A stretch of 64,000 nucleotides of DNA, taken from Lama guanicoe (taxonomy: Eukaryota). Positions 23,601 to 36,230 of the stretch are shown here, one piece after another. The translations under genes and the position numbers were made by a program. The stretch spans positions 757,015 through 821,014 of the forward strand of contig MU054049.1 in the NCBI GenBank assembly GCA_013239625.1, written 5' to 3'. The notes beneath the pieces are model-generated. The model saw only the letters and a list, made by a program, of their open reading frames with translations, was not told the DNA's origin and did not search any database. Position 1 is the first letter of the stretch, and every line of letters starts with the position of its first letter.

Positions 23601-26600
23601 AGGCTGCATTGGTCACTGTAGTCGAGGGCTGTTGCATTCAGAAGGGAACCAGCCCTGAGAGAGCACGTGTTCTGAGCTTCCTAGAGGAGCGTGGGTCTTC
23701 ACTGGCCAGACACTTCTTTCCAGTACGTTCTCCAACTCAAGACTCAGGCAGATGTTGGTGTCGATTTCTGCCCCACAAGGTGCGAACTCTGCCCTCAGCT
23801 CTTCAGACTCCACGTGGCAGGTTTGGAGAAGCCTCTGCTTCAGAACTGGGAGCCTTTGATGGTCAGCCCTGCCTGGTCCCTGCCCCACACTGTGCGGAGC
23901 CCAGGAGGACACAGCTTGTCCACAGCCCAGGGTCTGCAGCACTGAACCACAGCGTGTGGTGGTCCCTCCCCCACTTCTGAGGCTGCACAGAGTCCAGCCT
24001 TCTCCCCCCATGATGAACAGGCTGTCCCAGAGGCTGACCCTGCTCGCTCAGGCTGCCCCGAGCCTTGGAGCACACTCCTTGGCAGTTTGCTTCTGCTCAG
24101 GATACACACCACTGGGACATGCTCATGCCGGCTCATCTTGGGTGGGAGGGGCCCCTTCTTGACTGGAAGTCGTCTGGTTCTGTCTTCTTGCTCTTGCAGC
24201 CTGCAACCAGTGCTATGCTCTGGGGTACACGTGATCTGGGAGTGGGGCCACTACGCTGTTTACTTGACAGCAGGTTAGTCTGAGAAGCACGGTATGTTTC
24301 AAAGGTCTCCTCTACCAGGCTGACCTGCTGAGCCACCTGCTTCTAAGGGGCATGTGCCACTTTCTGCCGAGTAAGGCACCCCCCACCCCAATCCTCTGCA
24401 AAGGCTACAGTTCATTCAGGAAACCCACCCACAGACCTCAGCGGACCAGGCAAGACAGCAGTCCCACAGCAGCCCCTCCAAATCACCTCCTTTTTGCTGA
24501 TGAACGGTAACTCAGTCTTTAACCGATGTACAAAGGAGCTAGAAGCCCCCAAATATAATTAAAAGTAAGTTATGTTCATCTAAACAATGAATGAGATGTG
24601 TTTTCCATGCTGCCTTAACATCATTCGGTTCATTTTTTTGCCTAGTAATTGACAAAACGCGTAATTTACCCATCAGTCTTCCAGCTATTACTGTAAATTA
24701 ACTGGGTTCAATTGAAAGCCAAAGGATTGATCTCTTTTAAGTAGAAGACATTTAGCTACTGTAAGCTAATATCTGTGCTGACTTAAGTGAGCAGACCCTG
24801 AGGGAGGCTTATTACATTTACACGAACAGGCAGCCACATGGAAGGAAACACGTGAGTCGTTTTCAGAAGGTGAAGATCCGTTTTGTAGGCAGTGACACTG
24901 GGAGTGCAAAATAACTCGCGGGCAACCAGGACACTCGCCCAGTGTGATTTATATACTCCTGAGCGTGGCATCAGTCTCCTTAGAAGCTGGGTTTTCCTTC
25001 CCTACAACAGTGGCAAAATCTTGCCACGTACTGATGAGCTGTAGGTACGCGTAAGGTAATGTCTGCATTGTTATTTCAGGGACAACAGAAGAACTGCTGC
25101 TGGATGGTGAAAGGTAAGCTTGAAAACACATATTTTTAGATGGTTACTTCTATTCTCTGTTTTTCCTTGACATGTCAGGTGCAGGGAAAAAGTTGTTTTA
25201 ACCACAAAGTTTAAAAATAGTTTAAAAATGGAGCTGGCTGCTGTTGCCAATTTGGAATTTACCAAATATATTTCTGTTTGATTTTAAATGATCATTTGGC
25301 TAGAATTTTCATTTTGATCTGTTAGTCGTGGGGAGTTATATTTCTCAAATAGCTACAAAAATATAAAGCACCCCTCACGAAAAAGCCACACCTTCTGATA
25401 TCTGAACATAAATAAATGAGGATTCTTTTTTCTTAAATAAGGCTCCACTAAGTAATTCTTCACAAAAGCAGCATTTGAAGTTATCCCCAAGGACATTTAA
25501 AACAAGAAAATATTTATTGTTTAATTTTTTTTCTGTAGCATTAATGGCAACATTAATATCAGGTCCCAATTAGCTCAGGGTGATTTCTGACGTCCTGGGG
25601 AGGGTGTTTACTCAACAGCTACTGAGCGATCCTGAGGCCCGAGCAGAGAGGGGCTCATGCGGTGCTTCGATGCCTTCCCCTCACACTCACACATGTTCCT
25701 TCTGAGCACAGCTAGATCGACTGGAATTAGCTGTGCCAAGATCTATGGGGGCAGCCAGGGAGGTAATGAAGCACTTGTTCTGTGGGCAGAGATGTGCAGG
25801 TGGGAAGTACAAAGGAAGAGTGAAGTCAAGCTCTCCCGGACTTCTCAGGAAGTCTGCGGCCAGTTCAACAAGCTAAATGTGACTAGTGGAGACACTGGCT
25901 GCAAAGACCCAACCGCACCAAGGTCTGTACCCATCAACTCTCTTGCTTCCCGCTGCGTCTCCGCGAAGATCTTTGTCAGGTGCTCTGCATTAAATGGCAA
26001 CCAATAGCCAGGAGTGGCACCGACAGCAGGAATTCTGGGAAACTCCCCTGCTCTGGCCAGATCCCCAGAGCTCACCTGTTTCTCCCACCTCCTCTGTTAC
26101 TCATCCAGGATGGAACTTCTGAAAACCTCTGTGGCTTGGCTGACTCCTGTTATTGTTCCTCCATTCCTCCTTGCTTTCTAAGGTCTCCACGGAACCCCCT
26201 GGCTTTGAGAATTGAAAGGGCATTTGGAGATCATCTCTGGCCAGCTTCCTACCAAACGATAGACTCCAGGTCCAAGCCGCTAAGTCAAGGGATGGTCTGA
26301 CCTTGGCTCGCCCAGCACCAGGGACTGGAGCTCACCCTTGCCTAGCAGACCGCTCCACTGGAACAAAGCGTTCTTCATATATGAGTGGCATGGTAGACTC
26401 CATGCAGTTCCGTGTGTCCTGGCATGGCTTCTGGAGGCTCGCAGCATAAACAGAGTCTTGTTCACATAAGGATGCAGTGCCCAACCTAGTGCCTTTTCCA
26501 AGATTTCATTTCTCCAGATGATTTATTCTGTTTTGTTCTTTATACAGGCAGGAGTTCAGATCTCTCACCATCCTGGCTGCCCTGTTCCTGCCCAGATAAA

Positions 26601-27029
26601 ACTGCAGTGCCTTGAGGGGACTATTATGCTCTGACCTGGCCTGACCACGCAGAGCTCAGGGGCTTCCCTCCCTGGTTCCAATTTCCGTGCAGCTCAACAC
26701 AACCCACTGTCCCCAGTAGCTTTTCCGGCAACCACATCTCACTATTAGTCTATACTGAGCTTTCAACTCATTAAAACACTGAACTTTGCCTCCTTTCGAC
26801 CTATTCTTAAATTCAGGTCTCTCCTTTCCATGACATCAAATGATTTTTTTTGAACCAAAGGGAGAACTTTATATTTTATCTTAACAATTTCCCATGAAAG
26901 CAGCCTGTCAAGATGATTATGAATCTCAGTGCTGTTTTCCATCTTGGCCGTCCCCACCCCCAGCCTTGTAAATTCACTGGATGTAGTTTACAGACTAGAA
27001 TGGACAACAGACATGAAACTAAGGAAGCA

Positions 27030-27092
27030 TTATACAATAACAGTAGCAGTGGCAACAAAGATAACAACAACAAACAACAACGATAATAATAA
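27030..27092. repeat. Degenerate (AAC/AAT)n simple repeat
   Basis: aacaacaacaaacaacaacgataataataat. Confidence 0.7.
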
Positions 27093-28631
27093 TGACCTCT
27101 AGGGTGGTCTGAGTAGGAGTTTACAGCTGATGAAGGATGCTCACTTAGCGTTGGCTGAATCAGCTCCAGCTGAGTTGAATTTATGAGGTCTAGATGTGAA
27201 AGAGCGTCTGATGCAAGGGCTGCTCTGCGACTTGCTGCGAGCACAGACTGGCTCCCACCAGCCTGACAGCATCTTAATTACGCCCGCAGATAGTGCCGAG
27301 ATAAAGGCCCTGGTGGGTAGACTCTTACACAGTCAAAGCTGGGAGTTTCCGCAGGCAGACATCAAGCTGCTTCCTAGGCTCCCTGCACTTTTGTCAGACT
27401 TCAGGCTCTTTGGTAACGTTCCCATTCACCCAGGCCTGAGCCAGCCCCTCAGTTCCCTCATCCGGAAAATGGAGACAATCCAGGCACCTTCCTCAGGAGC
27501 AGGGACCCGAGGGGCCAGCTCACGACAGCACCGCTTTGTCTTTGATGTGCTAGTTTGGTACCCAGAGGCCGGAGGAAAGGGGTGATCGGCGGCATGCTGG
27601 AACATTCCCTGTGACCTTCAAGCTCTGGGGTCAGACAGCCTCTCTTTCCTCCCCTGAGGCGTCCCCTTTCCTAAAGATGGCTGGTTTCTGATTGCCCAAT
27701 ATTAATGTTCACTCCTAGAAGTGCAGCCTCTTTCCCATCCATCTTGTCTCTCCTCCTCCCAATTCCAAGCTTTTACTCTAAATTAAATCAAACTTTAAAT
27801 CAATCTTCTCTCCCACTGCCGAGCCTCCCATTACTTATTCTCCTGGAAAACAAAAACAAACGGAACCCAGCCTTCTCTCAAAGTGATGTTGAAATCGCCT
27901 CGGCTAGAACCTACAGCTGCATCAGTCACGCGGCCATGGATCCGAGGCTCTGCCACCGGAGGACACAGGTGTCACCTCCCACGCTTTCTCCTCTGCTGCT
28001 TCCAAGGCTCCCAGACCTGAGTTCCAGCACATGGTGGTTTTCTAGGCCACACGGGATGTTAGGACAATAGCCCCATCTGGATGATCTTCCTGCCTCCAGC
28101 CTGGCCCCCTCCCAACCCTGCCTGCACGCTTGTGGATGACTTGCCCCTCAGAGCTCTGAAGGTCAGGTCTGGGCCCCCAAACCTCACAGCCCCTCAACAC
28201 CACCAACAGAATAAGGACCCAGCTTCTGGATGTGGTACCCAAGCCCTCCACATCCAGCTCCTGGTACTACATGCAGTTTGGGTTCCTGCCCATACAATGA
28301 CCCTCACACTTATGCTTCAGAGACTCTGGGTTCCTCCTTGGCGTGAGCTGCTAGACACACGGGCCCCCAAATTTCACCTTCTGAGTCCCTCCAATGTGCC
28401 AGGGCCAGCTCTGCAGAGGCTGGCTGAGCTGGTGGCTTTGTCTGGAAGAGGGAACCCTTCCTTTGTCTGACCCCTCGTCTGCTCCCCTTTCTGGTGACCT
28501 GAAGAGAACTCTAGAGGGCGGTGTCCCTGTCACATTCCTTTTCTGATTTGTTTTTATTTTCTTGTTTAAATTAAAAGTATTTGAAAATATGGGCTTAAAT
28601 GAATATAATTTCGCTGTGAGAAATTAGAATA

Positions 28632-28986
28632 CAGCCATCCCAAGGTAATCGTGGGGGAATGGTTCCAGGACTTCCCCTGTCCAACCACCTCAGATACCAA
28701 AATCCGAGGACGCTCAAGTCCCTTATATGAAGTGGCATAGTATTTGTATATAAACTATGCACATCCTCCTCTATACGTTAAATCATCTCCAGATGACTTA
28801 TAATACCTAATACGGTGTCAATGCTTTGTAAATAGTTGTAAGTACAATGCAAATGCTATGGAAAGAGAATGCAGCAAATTCAAATTTTGATTTTTGGAAC
28901 TTCCTGTAAAATTTTTTTCCTAATATTTTCAATCCTGGTTGATTGAATTCATGGATGTGGAACCTGTGGATATGAAGGACCGACTG
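28632..28986. mobile_element. MER2-like TcMar-Tigger MITE
   Basis: TA|CAG...ggttccaggac...ataccaaaatcc...ctcaagtcccttata...ggatgtggaacctgtggatatgaaggaccgaCTG. Confidence 0.82.
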
Positions 28987-28987
28987 A

Positions 28988-29581
28988 TGCGGGGAGCCGC
29001 TCGTGACGGAGGGCTGCCGAGCACAAAACTTGGGCGTAAAACCCCAAAGTGCAGGGCGCCAGGCTCTGAGATTGAGGCTGCCGAGCACAAAGGATGGGCC
29101 TAAACTCCCACAGTGCGGGGCGCCCGGCTCAAAGGTCAATTGAGTTAGAACAATCTCTGTCCCGCCACCCCTTTTACTAAAGAATGCACCAGGTGCGCTA
29201 ATGCCTGAGGAAACATCTTTGAGCTATTAAGTCACAAAAGACCTTCGGAGGGAGAGATACAATTGGCACACAAATCAGTGATCCTTTTAGAGAACAATCA
29301 CCTGAGTTGAATGTATCACCTGAGTTGAATGTATACGAGTCTCACGAGGTTAGGCTTTATTGCCTACGTGCAGGAATGTATGAGCTAATGGGTTAAAATC
29401 ATATAAAAGAACCGCCTGAAATAAACTCGGCGTCCACTCTTGACCTAGCGTCTTGCGGGCTAGAGTGAGACCCTCTCAACCCCAACTTGTCTTGTCTTGC
29501 TGTCTCTTTGTTACGTCTTTCCTTTTCTCAGTCCTGCAGCACAGGTTTCTGGACCTGATCGATTGTCGGCTGGTTCCGACA
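28988..29581 (+). mobile_element. Young ERV2/betaretrovirus-like solo LTR (594 bp)
   Basis: Termini TGCGGGG...CCGACA; perfect 6-bp TSD GACTGA (28982-28987 / 29582-29587); TATAAAA 29402-29408; AATAAA 29420-29425; CpGs retained. Confidence 0.88.
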
Positions 29582-30729
29582 GACTGACACAGATAAATCT
29601 CAGGTTTTCTGATCACCACCTCCCTGTCCATGCCCCGCCCTCAAAGCCTTCCCCTACAGCTTTTATTTATAATAGTCATACTCTGAAAATTCCAAAAATA
29701 AATGATTCCAGTTTTATTTCACATTTTTTCTTAAAGTTATTCCTAAACATAGTTTAAAGAATCAAATTGCTGTTGTGAGGCAGCAATTTCTTCCCTTTCT
29801 ACCATTACCCAAATCTTCGTCACTATTTTTAACTCTTTTAGGTAAGATTTTTTTCTCTCCTATTTCTAAATAATATGCTTATATCACTATATCTTGATTT
29901 AAAATTCTAGGCATTATTGGCGGAATTCCCAGCATGGAAGGTTATTTAACACCCCTGCCCCCAGTGTGGCTTCCTGAACCTCCACGGTAACTTTGCTTAT
30001 ATCAGAAGGTAGTCACTGTTTATACGCCGATTCTGGGAAATTGAATTGAATTGAATTGGATATTTTTTTCCTAAGGATTCCTTTCTTCTCTCTTTCTAGG
30101 ATTTCTTCTCAGATGCTGGGCTATCTCTCCTCTTTTTCTCTCTGCTATTCTTTCTGCGAGATGATGTTAAGTTTTCCATCCAACTTCTCCTTTGAGTTTT
30201 TATTTCTGATACTTATTTCTGAATTTTGGGAGCTGGTTTGTGGTCTGACTTGATTGTTATAGCCTCTCTCTGAGATCGATAAAAATAGTTTTAAACAAAA
30301 GTTTCCCTCCTCCCGTATAGTTTGTGTTGCTTCCACCTTGCTTTTTAAAAGATTTCCTATGTTTTTGTCTGTCCTTCATTTGAGATTCTTTCCATGAATG
30401 TCTAGTGACTCAAAGTGCCTTACCCCTATTTGCTATGGTTCTCTAAGCAGCTGACTGGAAATTGTATGAGGGGAGGCAGGGAATGTTTACACAGCAGGCC
30501 AACAGCGAGAGAGATCTGCCTGGCCTGTTTCATGGAGGGGGCCCTGCTGTTCACTGTTTTTCTTCTTGGCCTGTCAGATTCTCCAGCAAAAATTCCTCAT
30601 TTCCTTCCTGAGGGTTATTCCTGACTGCTGGGGTCTGGGAGCCAAGTGTGGGATGAAGACTGGTAGGGCTACTGAAGTAACAGGTCTGGATGTCAATCTC
30701 CATCTTACCCTCCTGCTCCAGTGTGGTAC

Positions 30730-31289
30730 TGAGACAGGAGCGCAGGGGGCAGGGAACAGCCATTCAAGGAATGACCCAGCAAGCAGCACCAAGATGGTGG
30801 AGATCCAACTCCCAGTAGACCTCGAGGCCCAAGATGGCGGGAGATTTGACTTTCAGCAGATCTTGAGCTTCATTAGACACTCATTGTAATATATTAGCAT
30901 GATAAATGACACGCCCACAGGCGCCATGACAATTCCGAGTCTAACCATAAATGGTCAAAATGCAGGAGGTGGGCCAATTCCTGGGAATCTCAGCCCCTTT
31001 CCCAAAGTAGTTGGAATGATCCTCCCACTTGTTAGCATATGAAAAAACTGGGCCCATAAAAACAAACAATCCCCACACATTGTGGCCACTCTCCCTTCTG
31101 AGTGAGACGGCCCCACTCTGGCTATGGAGTATGTATCTCTCTGAATAAAGCTACTTTTACTCAACTGTGGCTCACTCTTGAATTCTTTCCTGCTCAAAGC
31201 CAAGGACCCACATTTGTCAGGGCGCATCCCAGGGACTCATCTGAGACCTGGGACATGGTTATTCTCTTGCCCCACATTTTCCTGTATCA
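30730..31289 (+). mobile_element. ERV1-class solo LTR (560 bp)
   Basis: Termini TGAGAC...GTATCA; 4-bp TSD GTAC/GTAA; AATAAA at 31144-31149; cttgaattctttcctg...gccaaggaccc U5 motif. Confidence 0.8.
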
Positions 31290-33809
31290 GTAACCACCCC
31301 CCCCCGACTCCGCCCCCCATATAACAGGGCCAATGTCCTCAGATGGAAGTGCTTCTTTTGTATCCTTTCCAGAATGAACTCCGGTGTTAACATCCAAGTT
31401 GGGGCAGGGCAGTCATGGGTTTGCATCAGGTGGTTTGGGAGATCTGGGATCTAATTGCTTTTTAAACTGACTTTCAATCAGTCCTCCTGTTTTGAGCTCT
31501 TCTTTGCTCTTGTTTCCGGAGATAACTGGTCCTGCCAATTCCAGGTCTTTGCTGGGGTTGGGGAGGAAGGGGTTGGGGCAGGGGGAGAGGGGGTTTGCAA
31601 ACTAGATGGATTTTTGTGCTCTCCCTAGTGCTGGCTCAGAATTTAGCTCGCTCAGGTCTGCTACATCAATAGAGAACAATGAGAATTCTTTTTGTTTATG
31701 TTCTTTCAAAGCTATGTCATTAAGAGCATAAAAGTTCACAGTTGCTCTATTTTCTCAGTAGGTTGTTATTTATATAATGATGAAATATTTCTCTTTATTC
31801 CCTTCTGTTCTTATCACCTTGAATTTTATTTTCTTGATTTTGATGTTCCTAAATCTGCTTTCTTTTTGCTTGCATTTGCTGGCTTACCTTTTTCCCAGTG
31901 TTTTGTTTTTGAAATTTTTGTTGATTGTTCTCTGTTTTTTAAAGCCACTCTTCCATTTTCCCTTTTAAGAGACCAACAAATTTGACCTATTCACAATTAT
32001 TATGACAACTGAAATGTTTATTCCTATCCCTTGCCATCTTATTTACTTTTTTGTTTTCTATTTACCTTTCCATTATTTTTTCTTCCTTCCCTCCATTTTC
32101 TGCCCATTTGTTGAACTGATCACATTTAACTTGTTACATTTTTTTTTTGTCTAATGTTTTGGAAATTATAATTTCAATTTCTATTCTATTCCATTTCTTT
32201 TCAAAGCCAAGCAACCCACAAGTAAAGAACTGGGAAAACTAGAATTACAGTGAATCCTCAAACAGTGGAAATGGACCAGGCTGATCAACAAAGGACATGG
32301 CAGGAGTTTTCACGGCTCAGAACACTTCAAGCAGAAACTAAAACCACTTAAGAGGAAAACCCTGGAATCTTCTATTAGTAAAATTATAGGATCTGTCTGC
32401 TAGAAATTATTAGGGGTATGTGTTGCGAAAAGCTGGAGGGACAGGGCCACACTTTCAGGTCCTGTTTTAAAGGAACTTTGCCTAACCTAGTCTTTCCATC
32501 TGAGCCAATTCTTCCACTGTCTTGAATTTCCCACCTCTGTGCTCTATGTCCTCTGCTGACCCTCCTGCCAGTGAGAAGGAGAGAAGGGAGAGGGAAGGGG
32601 CTTTGGAGAGGCAATAAGAACGTAGGCTGAGAGTGATCCTCATCACGTGGATGTGCTCTGGGCAGCATCAAGGATAGCTGGACATCCCTCCTCTCAACAA
32701 TTACATCTGCTAGACAGATGACAGGCCATCTGTTAGGAGGGAGCTCACTGCCTGGGCACCTCTGTCACTGTAAACAGTGAACAGGGCACATTTTTCCAGG
32801 AACCAGACATTGAGAATTAGTCCATTACATGGAGTTCATGCAATTAAATGGAAATCTCGGGGCTATTTTGCCGGCAGGCATGCAGGTTTGAGATGATATT
32901 GTAAAGCTAAAAGAGTCAAATTTGACCAGTAGTCTCCTTGAGATTGGGAACCTGAGCATCGAGGCTGCTAGAGCAGTCAGGCTTTATAGGGGAGGGGGAA
33001 TTATGGAAAAGAACAATACTCCATGAGGATCTGGCAGGGTCGGTGAGGCCCAGAGAGGTCAAAAGTGGAGTCCTGGGCATGACGCTGGCATCATTGGGAG
33101 ATGCTGGCATCATTGGGAGATGCTGGCTCCTTTCAGGGATCCCATGACTCCCTAGTTATGAAAGCCCTGGTTTAGTTTGGATTGGGCCCCAGGGCTCCTC
33201 CTGTGTCCAGGCTGGTGACTCAAGATGTCAATGCCTCCATTCTATTAGCTGTTTCCACCAGAAGCCACTGAAGTCTGGAAAAGGTGGCATGTGAGTAAGA
33301 AGACTGTCCAGTCCACCTGTCTGGAAACCAGGGAGCTGGAATTTTCTTGTAAAGCTGGAGTGATGGGTGAGATCACCTCAGGATCTCCATAGGAATATGT
33401 GGGGAAGCCCATGGCAAGGGTTCACATGTAGCTTGGATGACCTCCATGTGTTACTGTAGTCCACTGAGCTCACCCAGCATCACGATGCAGTTTCCCCCAG
33501 GGGATGGTGCTATGGTCTGGGCCAGGAGGGGGATGACAGTAGGGCCCACAGGCAGGATTCTGAGAGATGAGGAGACCTGGCAACTCTGGTCACCATCATC
33601 AGTGACATGTCACCAACAGGACAGCCAGGAAAGCCAAGATGCTGTTGAAGGGCCAAGGCTGGTCTTCAACACAAAACACAGAGGCCAGAAGGAAAAAGGC
33701 TGGCAGGGGGCAAGCCAGAACTGTGATTCCCGATCTGGGGAGTAGGTTCAGGGGTGGGGCTGGAGGAGGCAGGGAGTAAGAGAAAGACAGGGCTGAGGGA
33801 GCAAGAGAG

Positions 33810-34035
33810 GACCCAGACTTAAGTGTCCCAGGTGCTAGGACTTGTCCTCTGTTGCATATATGTTCTACAATCTAATCCTTAGTGCATTTCTGTGAGGTAG
33901 GTAATAATGTCTCCACTTTAGCAATGATAAAACCGAAAGTAAAAAAAAAAAAAATTAAGTGACTTGTTCCAAGCTATACAGCTAGCACACTTGACCTAAT
34001 TCAGATCAAACTCAGAGTTCCTGTTTGTTCCACTC
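33810..34035 (-). mobile_element. MIR
   Basis: ctgtgaggtaggta...ccacttta...ttaagtgacttgttccaagctatacagctag. Confidence 0.65.
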
Positions 34036-34090
34036 AACCCCTCTAGGAGTTATTTTCCTTCCTTATAAAGCCAGGGAAGCTGGACAAGAT

Positions 34091-34718
34091 CAGAGCTTCC
34101 TAAACTTTGACTTAGATCCACCTTCTTGACTTTGGTCATCTCCACCTTCCATCTCGACTGTTACTGGTGTCTAAGTTTTCCTTAAGCAGTCTCACTTGGG
34201 GTGTGTGTGTGTGTAGTGTGTGTTAAAATACACATAACATATAATTTACCATTCAACCATTTTTAAGCATATAGTTCAGTGGCATTAAGTACACTTACAT
34301 TGCTCTGCAACACTCCTTGGCTTTAACTTAGATATATTTTAGAAAGGAAAACATGCAATGACTATCACGAACGGAAACCAGTATGACTTTCCATAAACAG
34401 AAGTCAACCGCTAGAATAAATACAGTGAAGACAGAAAGCCATTCACTTGCAGCTGGTTACTGCTGCGACTGAGGTCTCTGAGATGAGTCCTGCTCCTTCT
34501 CACCCCCAGGAACCCATTCTTTAAAGGGAAGACCTCAAGTGTTAAAGATCTGACAATTCTTCCTTCAGACTCAGAAGAATTGGAAGAGGAGTGACAGGGT
34601 CATTTTCTCGCTGTGATGTCAACGTGATCCTGGGCTGTGCCCGGATACCCTCTCCCACCTTGCCCATCACTGAGCGCCCTCCCTGCCCCCCATACCCCTG
34701 GGAACACTGTGGGAACTG
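34091..34718. mobile_element. Charlie4a-like hAT element with a short L1 3' fragment (~34200-34312) inside
   Basis: ggaaaccagtatgactttccataaacagaag...aataaatacagtgaa...tctctgagatgag...gtgttaaaga resembles the recalled Charlie4a consensus. Confidence 0.6.
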
Positions 34719-35588
34719 TTGGGTGTGCACAGGTCCCCGCTCACTAAGGCTCTGTGACCCCTGACCTCAAACAAGGGGAATCTCCCTTTTCTTTCAGACT
34801 CAGATCAATGACTAGGAGCATCCTTTGGGACAAGTCCTTCAAGTTCTCTTCCCTAATTTTCCCAAGAGAAATGAGGGTGGCTCTCAGATGTCCTTTCTCG
34901 GTCTGAATCCCATAACAAGGATTAGACTGCCCACACTCTACGAGCCCAGCTGCCCTGGACAGCAGGCTGCAGGGCACTTTGTTATGATGTCTGCACGGGG
35001 CAACCATCATCAGGCCACACCATGCTGGGTGAGGCCACCAGTTGCTTTGAGTGAGTGAACTTAGTGCAATCTGGGTGGAAAAGCAGATGCGTTAGGCATC
35101 GGAAGTGGAGCTTACAGTGCTGGTGGGAAACAGAAGCAGCCCCTGAGAGGCAGAGGCCTCTGACACAGGAGGTTCACAGCGAGCTGGACTCCAGTTTGAG
35201 GTTAGAGGTGTCTGGGTGCCAATTTCCCTAGACAATGGAAGGAATGGGATATGTGTAGCTGCGTCTTCCTTGGAAGCACTAAGAGGCTGAAAAGGACCAG
35301 GGGAAGAGTTGTCTTTTTAAGTGATGTAGAGATGCTCTCTCTCAATGTTACAAGGAAACATTTTCATTACTGAAGCTGTGGGTGTTTTTCAGTAAAACAT
35401 GCTGTGAGAACAGGAATGTGGTGGAAATCCCACTGAACTGTCGTGCCAAGTGGAGTCAAGGCTTTGAGGGGTGGAGGTCCTGATGGGAGGATCTCTCTCA
35501 GCCTGCTCCCCTCTCCTGGACATAGTTAACCATGCCTCCTTGGAGCCCTGCCGTGATGCCCACCGGACACGGGACATGCGCTTCTCAC

Positions 35589-35788
35589 CTGGGGCTTGGT
35601 CTCATCTTTGTCCTTGTAGTAGAAAAGCTGATCCCCACGCAGCACGAACCAGCGCTGCTGCCAGTTCTTCATGATGCTCCTCTGCTTCTTCAGCCAGCCC
35701 GCCTTCAGCACGGGGCCCAGCCTGCGGGGGCAGGGCGGCCGCCCGGGGCTCCGGCTCTGGTCCCCCATCACCAGGCTTTTGGAGCGGG
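35589..35788 (-). CDS. ARHGAP22: ARHGAP22 coding exon 2 (200 nt): (A)[66 protein letters not shown], start of PH domain
   Basis: Acceptor ttggcttccAG at 35790-35789 and donor CAG|GTGAGA at 35588. Phase 1 in matches exon 1; phase 0 out matches exon 3. Contains the PH beta1-beta3 signature GWLxK..W..RWFVL..LFYYK (ORF 35526..35807). Confidence 0.97.
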
Positions 35789-36049
35789 CTGGAAGCCAAA
35801 CACACACACGGGGAGCATAAGGGATGGCAGGCCCGTTGGCAGTCCTTGCCCCACCCTGGCATCCCAGCTGTCCTGAAACCAGCGCCTGGGAGCTTCGGCC
35901 AGCAGGGCATGTCAGGCTTGGCCTTCTTTCCCCTCAGGTACAAAGGGGCGTGGGCTGGAGCACCTCATTCACCTGGGGTAGTGAAGAGTCTACCTGCCTG
36001 GTTAGTTTCTGCTACATCTTTGGGATCCGAGATTCTCCATTTCCCCAGG

Positions 36050-36230
36050 TGTGTTCATCCATCCATGCATCCATTTATCTATCCATCCATCCATCCTTCC
36101 ATTTGTTCAATGACTCATTCATTTATTCAGCAACTACTTATTGAGTATCTACTATGTGTCAGTCACTATTCCAGGTGCTGAAGATAAAGCAGTTAAGAAA
36201 CAAAAATCTGGGTCCTGCTCCATTCTAGCA
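36050..36230 (-). mobile_element. L2 3' end with (CATC/CATT)n tail
   Basis: cattcatttattcagcaactacttattgagtatctactatgtgtcagtcactattccaggtgctg. Confidence 0.75.

Noticed and set aside
29012..29334. Direct repeats as a CRISPR-like array
   Set aside because: Only two units each, no unique spacers, and inside a retroviral LTR of a mammalian genome.
28988..31289. Two nearby LTRs as the ends of one provirus
   Set aside because: Sequences are unrelated, each has its own TSD, and no PBS, gag, pol or env lies between them.
35526..35807. ORF track call as a stand-alone 93-aa gene
   Set aside because: It is exon 2 plus flanking intron; the splice sites define 35589-35788.
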